Shown: positions 10,052 to 21,006, counted from the first letter of the stretch. The stretch is DNA of 64,000 nt from Nitrospirota bacterium (GCA_963663225.1 OY760142.1:128001-192000); one strand, 5' to 3'. Made by a program: numbers and translations. The notes: a model not told the origin generated them from the letters alone.

Positions 10052-10903
10052 TCAATTTCCCCATTTCAATTTCGTCCGAAGTATCTCGTAATAGGTCTTC
10101 GTCGGATGCTTAATCAACCGTAGTTTATAGCGGGATTTTCTGATTTCGATAATATTCAAAGGTTCCAGCGAAAATCCGATCTGGCCGTCCAGCGTAAGCG
10201 TTACGTCCTCGCTCTCTGAAGTAAGGCAGACAGTGATGGCTACATCATCAGGCAGGCAAATCGGCCTGTTCGTCAGGGTCTGGGGGCAAATCGGCGTCAC
10301 AATCAGCCCATGAACGGTCGGCTGGAGAATCGGTCCGCCCGCGGCAAGAGAGTATGCCGTGGATCCTGTCGGTGTTGCCACAATCAGTCCGTCCGCACGG
10401 AGCGTCGTCAGGAAAATGCCGTTCACCGAAACGGTCAAATCCATCATTCTGGCAAGCGCGCCCTTGTTGATCACTGCATCATTCAGAGCCCGGTAGCGTT
10501 CCACGTATTTGTCATTGCGGATCACGCTCACGGAAAGCATGATCCTGTCTTCGGTTTCCAGTTTTCCCGCGATCGCCTGCTCAAGGTTCTCATACAGTTC
10601 CCCAACGGAAACTTCAGTCATGAATCCGAGGCTGCCGAGATTAACACCAAAAATGGGAACGTTTGCCCGTGATTCCGCAACACTTCGGGCGGCCGACAGC
10701 AGCGTTCCATCCCCTCCCAGCACTATGATCATTTCCGCAAGCGCTGCTATTTTTGCCCGGTCATAACCCGGCCGCTTGATCGCAATGGCGGTTTCCCTGT
10801 CGATAAAGACCTTCTTGCCTCGTTTTTCAAGCCAGGCGGTCAGGTTCTTCACCGTCTTTTGGGCTGTCGGGGTGTTTTTAGCAATAATGCCTATTTTTTT
10901 CAT
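10052..10903 (-). CDS. nadK: NAD kinase
   Basis: LGGDGTLL, NLGSLGF, ALNDAVI, DGLIVATPTGSTAYSLAAGG. Confidence 0.96.
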   Translation of the reverse strand: MKKIGIIAKNTPTAQKTVKNLTAWLEKRGKKVFIDRETAIAIKRPGYDRAKIAALAEMIIVLGGDGTLLSAARSVAESRANVPIFGVNLGSLGFMTEVSVGELYENLEQAIAGKLETEDRIMLSVSVIRNDKYVERYRALNDAVINKGALARMMDLTVSVNGIFLTTLRADGLIVATPTGSTAYSLAAGGPILQPTVHGLIVTPICPQTLTNRPICLPDDVAITVCLTSESEDVTLTLDGQIGFSLEPLNIIEIRKSRYKLRLIKHPTKTYYEILRTKLKWGN

Positions 10904-10979
10904 ACGACATTATAATCCTGTCACTGGTAGTATGGTTGTTCGATTATAAACTTGTTTTAAACGTTATATGCAGGGGAGA

Positions 10980-11450
10980 CTACATCTGGAGATCCCGCCT
11001 CAGTTCCTCCAGCAGCGCTTCATACCGCTTCCCTTCTGCAAGAAATCCGATTTCGCGGCTCCGGTCATCGACATAGGCAAGATAGACGCTCAAGGATTCC
11101 TCGGGAAGCTCATCTTCCGCCCTTTCGGCCCATTCTATTACCGTTACGCCGTCGGAATCAATATACTCGTCAAAACCGATATTCACCAGTTCTCCGGGCT
11201 CCTGAAGGCGGTACAGATCAATATGATAGAAGGGAACGCGGCCCTGATACTCGTTCACAAAGGTAAACGTCGGACTGGTAATATACTGCGTTTGTACACG
11301 AAGCCCCTGTGCGATGCCGTAGGCAAAATTCGTCTTGCCTGACCCGAGATCACCGTATAGACAGACCGTATCGCCGGGACCAAGACGGGAACCGAGCATC
11401 TCTCCGATCTGCCAGGTCCGTTCCGGGCTTGAAGTAATTACTGTGAACAT
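10980..11450 (-). CDS. tsaE: tRNA threonylcarbamoyladenosine biosynthesis ATPase TsaE
   Basis: GDLGSGKT, ITSPTF, HIDLYRL, IEWAE. Confidence 0.95.
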   Translation of the reverse strand: MFTVITSSPERTWQIGEMLGSRLGPGDTVCLYGDLGSGKTNFAYGIAQGLRVQTQYITSPTFTFVNEYQGRVPFYHIDLYRLQEPGELVNIGFDEYIDSDGVTVIEWAERAEDELPEESLSVYLAYVDDRSREIGFLAEGKRYEALLEELRRDLQM

Positions 11451-11908
11451 TAGTCGGTTTGAAGCGTGACCGCTTTTACCACGTCGCGTTTACCGACTAT
11501 CCCGGCAATCGCTCCCGCTTTAACGACAGGAAGAAGATGCACTTTTTTTTCAGACATGATCGTGGCGATATCGACGATTGTCGTATCTTCCGTAATGGTG
11601 ATAACATTCCGAGTGCATATTTCTTCAACCAATGTCGCGGTCATGCGTTTCACTTCCTGCTGAAATTTTTTTGAACTTTCCAGATAAATTGCCGCATCGA
11701 GAAAACTCACCACGGTCGGGATGTGGAGCCGCTTGTTTTGACTGATAAGGTCATTTTCCGTTACGATTCCGAAGAGAGCACCCGACTTGTCCACCACGGG
11801 AACACCGCTGATTTCGTGCTCCACAAGGATGGATGCGAGCATGGTTAGAGATGTTGCTGGTCCAACGGTAATCACGTCTTTTGTCATGATGTCTTTCGCG
11901 GTAAGCAT
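11450..11908 (-). CDS. CBS-pair domain protein
   Basis: AKDIMTKDVITV, ISGVPVVD, LLPVV; TAATG overlap with tsaE. Confidence 0.9.
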   Translation of the reverse strand: MLTAKDIMTKDVITVGPATSLTMLASILVEHEISGVPVVDKSGALFGIVTENDLISQNKRLHIPTVVSFLDAAIYLESSKKFQQEVKRMTATLVEEICTRNVITITEDTTIVDIATIMSEKKVHLLPVVKAGAIAGIVGKRDVVKAVTLQTD

Positions 11909-11936
11909 GAGCCACCTCCCTGAAAAGCAGCAGTGA

Positions 11937-13478
11937 TTATTTAACTGTTTTCAATATCGCCTCCGGAATCCTTTCAATCAAGTCGCCCGCTGTAAGGCCC
12001 ATCTCTCCCTTTTCTTTTGCAGCAAGATCCCCCGCAAGACCGTGCAGATAGACCCCAAGACATGCTGCCTGCATCGCAGGATATCCTTGTGCGAGCAGAC
12101 CGCCGATCATGCCGGTAAGCGCATCGCCTGTCCCGCCGGTGGCCATGCCCGGATTTCCCGTCGAGTTGACAAACACTTTCCCGTCAGGACACGCCACCAC
12201 AGTGCCCGCTCCCTTGAGGACAAGCACGACCTTATAGGCCGCAGCAAAACCGGAAGCGATGCCGACTCTGTCCTTCTGGACGTCGGCAGAGGAAAGACCG
12301 GTAAGCCGCGCCATTTCGCCGGGATGGGGAGTCAGAACGACCGGTGCTTTTATTTTTTTCAGGACATCAACGGTGCGGGCCACGGCATTGAGCCCGTCTG
12401 CGTCAATCACCAGCGGAATTTTCAGACGTTGAACAAGGTTGCGTACAACAGCGGCGGTTTCGTGATGGGTGGAAAGCCCCGGACCGATTGCGCAGGCGGC
12501 CATCCCCGACGCGAATTTGAGCAGTTCTTCCTCTGATCCGATCCCCAGGGTTCCTTCCATGCTTTCTCCGGAAGGGATGCACATGGCTTCCGCAATGTGC
12601 GATTGAATAATCGGCACCAGAGTATGCGGTGTCGCGACACTCACAAGGCCGGTACCTATTCTCAGTGCTGACCGGGCCGACATGACGGCGGCACCTGCCT
12701 TGCCCGGAGATCCGGCGATAATCATCAGATGGCCAAAATCTCCTTTATGTGCATCCCGTTTTCGGGGTGCGAGAACTCCCCATGCGGCTCCTTGCTCCAG
12801 AAGAGAGACGGTCAGCTTCTCTTTTTCGATCACTTCAGAAGGGATGCCGATGTCCGCGACGCGCACCATACCGGCACATTGTGATCCCGGCTGAAGAACA
12901 AGGCCCCTCTTTAAAAGCGCCATGGTCACGGTCAGGTCGGCGTTGACGGCAGTACCCATGACCGCGCCGGAATCCGCATTGATCCCCGTGGGGATATCAA
13001 CGGCGACCACAGGCTTTCCTGAAGCATTGATCAGTTCAACGGTCTGAGCAAATCGGCCTTTCAGCGGGGAAGAAAGCCCCACTCCGAGCAGAGCATCCAC
13101 AACGATATCCGACCATTGGAGAATATCGTTGATCGAAGATGCCGAGGCATTCGGAATAATCTGGACATCCGTTTTGCGCAAAACAGCAAGGTTGGTTTTT
13201 GCCTCTCCCTGCAGCGCCGCAAACGGAGCAAGCAGGACCGCGCGCACTGCCACACCGCGGATACGCAGCCGTCTTGCAAGGGCAAGACCGTCTCCTCCAT
13301 TATTTCCCTTGCCGCAGATGATGGCGACCCGGAGCCCCTCCAATCCGTCAAAAAACCGCTCCATCTCCTCCATGACGGCAATTGCCGCGCTCTCCATCAG
13401 CACCAGGCCCGGTACTCCAAAATAAACGATCGCCCTCCGGTCTATGTTTTTCATCTGCTGTGCAGTAACAATCTTCAT
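11937..13478 (-). CDS. nnr: Bifunctional NAD(P)H-hydrate epimerase/dehydratase
   Basis: CGKGNNGGDG, AVDIPTG, HKGDFG, VLTPHPGEM, MATGGTGDAL. Start set at MKIVTAQQM. Confidence 0.95.
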   Translation of the reverse strand: MKIVTAQQMKNIDRRAIVYFGVPGLVLMESAAIAVMEEMERFFDGLEGLRVAIICGKGNNGGDGLALARRLRIRGVAVRAVLLAPFAALQGEAKTNLAVLRKTDVQIIPNASASSINDILQWSDIVVDALLGVGLSSPLKGRFAQTVELINASGKPVVAVDIPTGINADSGAVMGTAVNADLTVTMALLKRGLVLQPGSQCAGMVRVADIGIPSEVIEKEKLTVSLLEQGAAWGVLAPRKRDAHKGDFGHLMIIAGSPGKAGAAVMSARSALRIGTGLVSVATPHTLVPIIQSHIAEAMCIPSGESMEGTLGIGSEEELLKFASGMAACAIGPGLSTHHETAAVVRNLVQRLKIPLVIDADGLNAVARTVDVLKKIKAPVVLTPHPGEMARLTGLSSADVQKDRVGIASGFAAAYKVVLVLKGAGTVVACPDGKVFVNSTGNPGMATGGTGDALTGMIGGLLAQGYPAMQAACLGVYLHGLAGDLAAKEKGEMGLTAGDLIERIPEAILKTVK

Positions 13479-13552
13479 AAGTATAAACAGACCAGCCTTT
13501 CTCCAGCACGAGGAATAAAAAAACAGCAAAAAACTTTGGAAAGGATGTTGCC

Positions 13553-13957
13553 TTACGGCTCCTCGCGCATTACCGGCACCGCACCGCCCGCAAGCACGAC
13601 CTGTGCGACGGCATAGTCTCCGTCATGCGAATAGCTGAGCAAAATCTGGCGCACGCCCTTGAGATCCATGAGATCTTTTACCCGCCCCGAAATATTCACG
13701 ACGGGACCGCCCCCTTCGCCGTGAAGGACTTCCATATCGGTCCACTTTACTCCCGCGCTCCATCCCGTTCCGATGGCCTTCAACAACGCCTCCTTGGCTG
13801 CGAAACGGGCGGCGTAATGTTGTGATGGAAATTTCTGTTTAGAACAGTACTCACGTTCCGATTCAGTGAATACCCGCTCGAGAAAACCGGAATGGCTGGT
13901 CCTCGCTTTATGAATGCGTTCGATCATTACCAGATCAATCCCAATACCGATAATCAT
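13553..13957 (-). CDS. acpS: Holo-[acyl-carrier-protein] synthase
   Basis: IIGIGIDLV, AARFAAKEA, SYSHD; follows pdxJ. Confidence 0.95.
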   Translation of the reverse strand: MIIGIGIDLVMIERIHKARTSHSGFLERVFTESEREYCSKQKFPSQHYAARFAAKEALLKAIGTGWSAGVKWTDMEVLHGEGGGPVVNISGRVKDLMDLKGVRQILLSYSHDGDYAVAQVVLAGGAVPVMREEP

Positions 13958-13986
13958 CCATCCCCCCATCATTGTCTGACCGGCAA

Positions 13987-14706
13987 TTATTCTGTCTCAA
14001 CTAACGATTTCATTTCCTTCACTGCCCGCTCCAGCCCTACCAGGGCGGCCCGGGAAATGATGCTGTGACCGATATTGAGTTCCTCTATCTCTGGGATACG
14101 CGCGATGGCCTGCACGTTTCTATAATCAAGGCCGTGCCCGGCCCCCACGTGAAGCCCGAGGCTCGCAGCCAGTTTTGCCGCATCAATAATTTTCTGAAGC
14201 TGTTCTGCGATGTCCTTCTCCTGTTTCGCGTTGGCGTATGCTCCGGTGTGGAGTTCCACCCACTCCGCAGTTGTTTTTTTGGCGGCCATAATCTGTCGTT
14301 CATCGGGGTCGACAAAAAGGCTGACGATAATTCCGCCCCGATGAAGCCGCTCCGTATATGATTTCAAAAAATCAATGCGGGAGGCCGTTTCCAGGCCCCC
14401 TTCCGTGGTAAGTTCTTCCCTTTTTTCCGGCACCAGGGTCGACAAATCAGGTTTTACTTCCAGAGCTATGCGCTGCATCTCCTCGGTTGCGGCCATCTCG
14501 AAATTCAATTTTGTATGCACAATTTCTCGAAGCAGCCGCAGGTCCCGGTCCTGAATATGCCGCCGGTCCTCACGCAGATGCGCTATGATGCCGGCCGCAC
14601 CCGCGGTTTCGGCAATCACCGCTGCCGCAATCGGATCCGGTTCATTGCCTTTTCGCGCCTGCCGGAGTGTCGCGATATGATCAATATTGACAGATAACTG
14701 TGGCAC
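13987..14706 (-). CDS. pdxJ: Pyridoxine 5'-phosphate synthase
   Basis: [38 protein letters not shown]. Confidence 0.98.
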   Translation of the reverse strand: MPQLSVNIDHIATLRQARKGNEPDPIAAAVIAETAGAAGIIAHLREDRRHIQDRDLRLLREIVHTKLNFEMAATEEMQRIALEVKPDLSTLVPEKREELTTEGGLETASRIDFLKSYTERLHRGGIIVSLFVDPDERQIMAAKKTTAEWVELHTGAYANAKQEKDIAEQLQKIIDAAKLAASLGLHVGAGHGLDYRNVQAIARIPEIEELNIGHSIISRAALVGLERAVKEMKSLVETE

Positions 14707-14956
14707 AACGAATCCTCCTGCAAAATAAGCGATATTGATTCGATTCTATCATCTCTCTGTTAAAATATCCACAAAATTTGATCCGCAGCGTTCTTACAAG
14801 AGCTGCATACTCTCATCTTTTTTCCCTGCACCTCTCTCGCACGGTCAAGGTACTTTTTACGCTGTTGAAGAGGTGAAAATTACCGTCGATTCGGCATTGA
14901 CCCCAATCCCCTCCTTTGGTATAGTTATTTTACGTTCTGTATCCGGAGGTGGAGTA

Positions 14957-16135
14957 ATGATTCGTCTTCTTAATCTATGGCTCTTCGTGTTTTCATTTCT
15001 TGCGGCATCGGCATTTCCACTCTTCGCCCAAGAGACAAAAACCGTAACTGCGGAAGGAGTGGCAGTCATCCAGGGCACTGCCAAAGACATCGCACGCGAT
15101 GCTGCTGTCGAGGACGCCCAAAAACGGGCCGTGGAACAGGCCATCGGCATTCTGATCGACTCTCAGACGCAGGTTGAAAACTATCAGCTCATCAGCGACA
15201 ACATTCTTGCGCAGACCAAGGGGTATATCAAACAATACTCAGTTGTATCCGAGACTGTTGACGGGAACCTGCTACGCGTCCGGATAAACGCCGAAGTCGC
15301 GCTCGATCAGTTGACGGAAGATCTTACCGGCATCGGCATCCTGTTGGGGCGCATGAACAAACCCCGCACTATGGTCATGATCGCGGAGCAGAACGTCGGC
15401 CAGGGCGTCTATGCCTGGTGGGCGGATCCTCATGGACAAGAGGCTGATCTGAGCGCCGTAGAGAACGCGTTCATGGATAAATTCACGGGAAAGGGTTTTG
15501 AGTTCATCGACCATGAGGTCGCCGCAAAAGACATTAAAGTTGCCAAGCCATACCGGGTTGCAAACCTTTCCGCCGCCCAGGCCAAGACGCTGGCCGGCCA
15601 GGCGGACGCGGAAGTCGTTATCATCGGCAAGGCCGTTGCAAAACTCTATGGTGAAATCGGCGGCGGAATAAAATCCGTACAAGCGGACCTGACCGCGCGG
15701 GCAGTGCGCGTCGACACCGGACAGGTCATCGCCACTGCCAGTACGCATGCAGCCGCCGTGCATATTTCCGAAGTCACTGCTGGGACTGAAGCACTCAGAA
15801 AAGCCGCCAATGAAGCGGCAGACGATATGATCGGGAAAATTCTTGCAGTGTATGCGAAGGAAACCGGCAGCACCCGCTCGATCAATATTACCATCACCGG
15901 CCTGAATAAGTCCCAGTTCGTAAAATTCAAGGATGTGCTCAAAAACCAGGTCCGCGGGATCAAGGACCTGCATGAACGGAGCTTCACCGGGACCGCGGCG
16001 AAAATCTCAGTGGACTCCAAGAACAGTGCGCAGACGCTCTCGGATGAACTCGTGCTCAAAGACTTCGGCACGTTTACAGTCGAAGTCGTTGCTTCCACAC
16101 CAAACGCTCTCACGCTGAAGGTGACGCCCAAATAA
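14957..16135 (+). CDS. Exported protein with FlgT N-terminal-like and CsgG/TolB_N-like domains
   Basis: SD GGAGGTGG, signal peptide, TAEGVAVI...ARDAAVEDAQKRAVEQAIG...SQTQVENYQL. Confidence 0.7.
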   Translation: MIRLLNLWLFVFSFLAASAFPLFAQETKTVTAEGVAVIQGTAKDIARDAAVEDAQKRAVEQAIGILIDSQTQVENYQLISDNILAQTKGYIKQYSVVSETVDGNLLRVRINAEVALDQLTEDLTGIGILLGRMNKPRTMVMIAEQNVGQGVYAWWADPHGQEADLSAVENAFMDKFTGKGFEFIDHEVAAKDIKVAKPYRVANLSAAQAKTLAGQADAEVVIIGKAVAKLYGEIGGGIKSVQADLTARAVRVDTGQVIATASTHAAAVHISEVTAGTEALRKAANEAADDMIGKILAVYAKETGSTRSINITITGLNKSQFVKFKDVLKNQVRGIKDLHERSFTGTAAKISVDSKNSAQTLSDELVLKDFGTFTVEVVASTPNALTLKVTPK

Positions 16136-16160
16136 GACGACACGGGTGGACATTCGCAAT

Positions 16161-16201
16161 AAAACTCCCTGTGCAGGCGACTCGTTGAACAGGGATTTTT
16201 T
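16161..16201 (+). terminator. Intrinsic terminator
   Basis: TCCCTGT...ACAGGGA stem followed by a T tract. Confidence 0.55.
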
Positions 16202-16731
16202 ATGTGCAATAAACAACCGGGATGTTTCCGGCTCGCTTCTGCTCAAAAATATTGATATTACAATTACTTTTATGCACAGTATTTTCTTGAAGACAAAAAC
16301 AAACATTTATCATTACAAATCAAGCAGATAACATCAAATGCTGCCTTGTAGGCACGTATCCTTCGTGATGAATTCAACCATTCAGAGCCGAAAACATACC
16401 ATTTAAACCCCGCATAGTGCTTTTCATACCTTTTACATTGTTTCTCTGCCGCAGTCCCTTTACAGTATAGTCAAACGTAAGCTGTATGACGCCGTTTTTA
16501 CATCTTGTCTTTTTCTGCCGCTTTCCCGAATTGCAGGGACTGGTGGAATAGGAAGTCTCTGACATATTTGGGCCTCCGAAAGAGCTTGTGTCAATTGCAT
16601 CAATATCAGCCAATAGGAAAATGAAATAACGCATAAAACGGCATCGGGCTATTTCTGATGCAAAAAGTGATGCTGTTATTTGTGCGTAGCTTCAGTTTTG
16701 AAAAAATCTATTGAAAGAGAGGTAATAAGCC

Positions 16732-18408
16732 ATGCAATGGTTCCATAACTATTCAGCTTTCGGCGGAAGTCTCGGGCTTACCGCTATTGCTGTATCAATC
16801 CCGATTTTTTATCTTTTCTGGGCCCTGGCCATAAAACGAATGAAGGGCCACATAGCAGGCATAACGACATTGCTGCTGACGATTGTTATCGTAGTGATAG
16901 CCTACGGTATGCCGATCACCGTCGCAATATCAGCAGCGGCACTCGGAATGGTCACCGGCCTTTTTCCGATAGGCTGGATCATTCTTACCGCGGTTTTCCT
17001 TTATAATCTGACTGTTGAATCCGGGCAATTCGAAGTTATAAAGAACTCCATTTCCTCGTTGTCGACCGACCGGAGGTTGCAAGCGCTTCTGATTGCATTC
17101 TGCTTTTCCGCATTCATGGAAGGAGTGTCAGGACAGGGTGCGCCGGTGGCTGTTGCTGCGGCCATGCTGATCGGCCTGGGCTTCCCGGCCCTGCCGGCGG
17201 CCGTTATCTGCCTGGTCGCCAATACACCGCCTGTTCCCTTCGGCCCTGTTGGAACACCGACCATCATGATGTCCACGGTAACCGAACTGAACAGTCTGGT
17301 CGTATCAAAAGCCATCGGTCTGGACATGACCATACTGGCGCTTATCATTCCGTTCTTCATGCTGGTGGTTGTGGCCGGATGGAAACATCTCGGCGAAGTA
17401 GTACCGGCGGCTTTGGTGGCCGGCATCAGCTATGCCACCACCAACTGGGTCGTCAGCCAGTATATGGGCCCGGAATTACCGGCTATCTTGTCGTCATTTG
17501 TGTCAATGCTTTGCCTTGGCGTATTCCTGAAATTCTGGAAACCCGCCACTATTTGGCGGTTCCCGAATGACACGGACGCCGCACAAGACAAAGGAACCCG
17601 TCACACATTCGGTGAAATTATAAAAGCCTGGTCTCCGTTTATCATCCTCATGATCGTTATGGGCATCTGGGGGATGCCGGTTTTTAAGAAATGGGTTGCT
17701 ACCGAACTTAAATGGTTTGTGATGATTCCTTCCTGGCCGGGTCTGGATGGAATCGTATACCGCACTGCACCCATTGTAGCCACACCTGCCAAATACGCGG
17801 CAAGCTACCGATGGGATTATTTTTCCGCTCCCGGCACCGCGATGTTGCTTTCGGCATTTATTTCGATGGCGGTTCTGAAAATTAGTCCTGCCACGGGCGT
17901 AAAAGTCATGGGAAAGACCTGCAAGCAACTGATGTATTCTCTCATTACCCTGGCTTCCGTTCTCGGCATCGGATTCCTGGCGAACTATTCCGGCATGTCC
18001 TACACTCTGGGCCTGGCCGCTGCCGCATATACCGGGATGCTCTTCCCGATCTTCTCGCCCATGATCGGATACCTTGGCGTATTCTTGACCGGATCGGTCA
18101 CTTCTTCAGCCGCACTATTCGGGAAACTGCAACAAGTGACCGCTACTACCTTAGGGTTTAATCCTATGCTGACTATTTCGGCGAATTTGTTCGGCGCCGA
18201 CATCGGCAAACTGATTTCACCGCAGTCAATCGCCGTCGCGTGCGCCGCCGTCGGTCTCGTCGGACATGAAACTGATATTTTCCGCCAGACGCTTAAATAT
18301 TCGATCTATCTCCTGCTGTTCGTTATCGCCATTATTCTGCTGCAGGCATGGATATTCCCGGATATGCTGCCGAAAATTGCAGAGTTCGTCGTTCAACGCA
18401 CCGTCTGA
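16732..18408 (+). CDS. L-lactate permease (LctP family)
   Basis: DRRLQALLIAFCFSAFMEG, GVFLTGSVTSSAALFG, GKLISPQSIAVA; SD GAGGT. Confidence 0.93.
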   Translation: MQWFHNYSAFGGSLGLTAIAVSIPIFYLFWALAIKRMKGHIAGITTLLLTIVIVVIAYGMPITVAISAAALGMVTGLFPIGWIILTAVFLYNLTVESGQFEVIKNSISSLSTDRRLQALLIAFCFSAFMEGVSGQGAPVAVAAAMLIGLGFPALPAAVICLVANTPPVPFGPVGTPTIMMSTVTELNSLVVSKAIGLDMTILALIIPFFMLVVVAGWKHLGEVVPAALVAGISYATTNWVVSQYMGPELPAILSSFVSMLCLGVFLKFWKPATIWRFPNDTDAAQDKGTRHTFGEIIKAWSPFIILMIVMGIWGMPVFKKWVATELKWFVMIPSWPGLDGIVYRTAPIVATPAKYAASYRWDYFSAPGTAMLLSAFISMAVLKISPATGVKVMGKTCKQLMYSLITLASVLGIGFLANYSGMSYTLGLAAAAYTGMLFPIFSPMIGYLGVFLTGSVTSSAALFGKLQQVTATTLGFNPMLTISANLFGADIGKLISPQSIAVACAAVGLVGHETDIFRQTLKYSIYLLLFVIAIILLQAWIFPDMLPKIAEFVVQRTV

Positions 18409-18414
18409 TAACCA

Positions 18415-18456
18415 AAACCCCATGACTTGCTGTGAAAACAAGTCATGGGGTTTCTT
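18415..18456. terminator. Hairpin terminator between the convergent lactate permease and glpD genes
   Basis: 15-bp perfect inverted repeat AAACCCCATGACTTG / CAAGTCATGGGGTTT. Confidence 0.75.
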
Positions 18457-18574
18457 AATGACACCAGCGGTTGCCAGCCATGCCATAAAGCATGGTGTCG
18501 CTTCTTGTTTCGCCTACCCCATATAATCCGATTCAAAATTATCAACTCAAAGAAAAAAATCTATGCCATGTTGT

Positions 18575-20206
18575 TCATGTAGGCTGACGTCGTGAGGGGT
18601 GTTTCAGACACTCGGTTTCTTTCTGCAGGTCAGATCTGAACTGTTCAATCTGTCGGAGTGTTTCCTCTTCGTCCCACAGAAGCTCTTTTCCGGCCATGTC
18701 CGCAATTTTTTGGACCTGGTGCATACCGCGCGATGCGGTTATGCCGAGATATATTCTGCGCAGAATGATGTCCGACAGCGTTTTCGACTCTTCCTCCCTT
18801 ATGCTGTACAGCACCTGAGCATAGATGTCGCTGCTCTCTGGCGAGATTGCGCCGGAAAAATCCGGCCTCTTCTGCGTTAGGTGAAGCACATCTCCTGCCC
18901 TGGCTCCATACAGACTGATAAGATGCCGCACGGTTTCCGGAGAGACCTTGTAACGGATGGACAGTTCCGGCACAGCTTCTTTTACATATTCGTTATACTC
19001 TGTCGGGAGCCCGCCGGGAAGCGGTTTTTTGTCCGTAACGCAGCGTGCAGGCGTTCCAAGTACGGTGCATGCCGCGTCCACCGTGTCCTTTGCCATGTTG
19101 CGGTAGGTTGTAAGTTTCCCACCTGCAATGCTGATTATCCTGTCGGAACGCCCCTCCCTAATCACCCGATGTTTGCGTGATATTTTGGATTCCTTTGCTC
19201 CGGAAAAGGCAAGAGGTCGTATCCCTCCATAGGTATATAAAATAGCTTCCCGCTGGAGTCCTATACCCGGCAGTACACGACTGCTCTCGCTCAGCAGATA
19301 CTGAACGTCGCTCGAATCAGCATGGACCTCATCGAGATCTCCGTCATATTTCGTGTCTGTTGTGCCGATGAGGGAATATTCGCCCAGTGGAGTGATAAAA
19401 AACATCCGGCCATCTCTTGATGCGATAAACAGGGCCTGGTCATTCAATCTGGGAAGCACCAGATGTATCCCTTTGGTGGGATGGATGATCTGCGGGCTGT
19501 TGATTCCGCCTGCACGCCGCACTTGATCGATCCAGGGGCCGGCTGCATTGATCAGGACTTTGGAGCGAAATACGCACCGGTTACCATGAAGTATGTCTTT
19601 TGCGGTGACCGTGACTGCGGAATCTGATTCTTCGATTTTTTCCGCCCGTGTATAGTTCAAGACAACTGTTCCCGCGTCCCGCGCGGAAATGATATTTTCA
19701 ATCACCAGCCGTTCAGGCATGATAATCTGGTGGTCATAAAACAGCGCGCTGCCTTTGAGGCTTTCCTGGTTCAGCCGGGGTTCCAATCCAAGGGTCTTTT
19801 CCTTGTTGGAGGTGAAATAATGCGGAATGTCTTTTTCATGCGAAAGCATGTCATACAGATGAATGCCGAGGGAAATCACTGCCCTGCCGTGTGCATCTCC
19901 CTGGTAGATGGGGATAAGGATCGGCAGAGGATGGATAAGATAGGGGGCCTGCTGCCTGAGGACCGCGCGCTCGGTAAGGGACTCGGCCACGAGGTCTATT
20001 TCAAAATTCGCGAGGTACCGAAGACCACCGTGGATTAGGCGTGTTGATTTTGAGGAAATGCCTGAAGCAAAATCCCCTTTCTCGATCAGAAGGCAGGAAA
20101 GACCGCGCAGCGCAGCGTCCCGCGCCACGCCCGCACCCGTGATGCCGCCCCCGATAACAATGACATCGAACAATTGATCATGCTGCACCGGTGTAATTGT
20201 GCTCAA
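18575..20206 (-). CDS. glpD: FAD-dependent glycerol-3-phosphate dehydrogenase
   Basis: IGGGITGAG, SSKSTRLIHGGLRYL, INAAGPW, GGKLTTYR. Confidence 0.93.
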   Translation of the reverse strand: MSTITPVQHDQLFDVIVIGGGITGAGVARDAALRGLSCLLIEKGDFASGISSKSTRLIHGGLRYLANFEIDLVAESLTERAVLRQQAPYLIHPLPILIPIYQGDAHGRAVISLGIHLYDMLSHEKDIPHYFTSNKEKTLGLEPRLNQESLKGSALFYDHQIIMPERLVIENIISARDAGTVVLNYTRAEKIEESDSAVTVTAKDILHGNRCVFRSKVLINAAGPWIDQVRRAGGINSPQIIHPTKGIHLVLPRLNDQALFIASRDGRMFFITPLGEYSLIGTTDTKYDGDLDEVHADSSDVQYLLSESSRVLPGIGLQREAILYTYGGIRPLAFSGAKESKISRKHRVIREGRSDRIISIAGGKLTTYRNMAKDTVDAACTVLGTPARCVTDKKPLPGGLPTEYNEYVKEAVPELSIRYKVSPETVRHLISLYGARAGDVLHLTQKRPDFSGAISPESSDIYAQVLYSIREEESKTLSDIILRRIYLGITASRGMHQVQKIADMAGKELLWDEEETLRQIEQFRSDLQKETECLKHPSRRQPT

Positions 20207-20221
20207 TCGTCCCTCCCGATC

Positions 20222-20941
20222 TCAGCGTGCTGTGTTCTGCTCACAGGATTCGGCGTTCCGCACCACTTCCTTCAAGAGTTCCGGTTTATTGGAATAAATA
20301 CCGTCCGCGCCCCATAACAGGAGTTTTTTCATTTCCCGCTCATCGTCCACGGTCCAGACATACACCCGTATTCCCTGGTCATGGCATTTGTTGATCAGTG
20401 CTTTATCAACCGTTTTTTTTCGCAGACTGACAATATCATAGCCCCGCTCCCTGTATCCGGAAACGTCGCGTATGGTGAAGGTATCAAAAACGACCGACGT
20501 CGCCAACGCTGGTGCGACGCGGCGTGCGGCAAGGACTTCCTCTTCATCGAACGATGAAAGCAGGATGTATCCCAGATACGGAGACGAGCGCAGATATTTC
20601 GCCGTCAGCGCCCCGGCGCCCCTGCTTTTGATTTCCAGATTCAGGCCGCACGCGCCGGAAAGAGCCGTGAGCATGGCGGCAAGCGTGGGGACAGGCTCCC
20701 CGTTTTTCAGCTGAATCCGGTTGATTTCTGCGGCGGTCGCGTTTTCAAGATCGATATTTTCTTCCGCGGTCCGGCCGGTTGTCTTATCGTGCATCACGTA
20801 AAGCTGCCGGTCCCGGCTGATGCGGATATCAACTTCAATCATGTCCACGGAAAGCGATACGGCGCTCCGGATGGACTCCAGTGAATTTTCAAGGATACGG
20901 GATGAATTACCGCGATGGGCAATAACAAGAGGATGGCGCAT
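20222..20941 (-). CDS. Glycerophosphodiester phosphodiesterase (cytoplasmic)
   Basis: IAHRG, ENS, EVD, NLEIK, VWTVD; no signal peptide. Confidence 0.93.
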   Translation of the reverse strand: MRHPLVIAHRGNSSRILENSLESIRSAVSLSVDMIEVDIRISRDRQLYVMHDKTTGRTAEENIDLENATAAEINRIQLKNGEPVPTLAAMLTALSGACGLNLEIKSRGAGALTAKYLRSSPYLGYILLSSFDEEEVLAARRVAPALATSVVFDTFTIRDVSGYRERGYDIVSLRKKTVDKALINKCHDQGIRVYVWTVDDEREMKKLLLWGADGIYSNKPELLKEVVRNAESCEQNTAR

Positions 20942-21006
20942 GCCGACATTATAGCAAAAATGGATTTTGGATTCACTCCTAAACAGGATGTTTTCTGAAC
21001 GGCTGA

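Noticed and set aside
14735-14956. 74-codon N-terminal extension in the ORF track
   Set aside because: SD and signal peptide point to ATG 14957; this stretch is the divergent promoter region.
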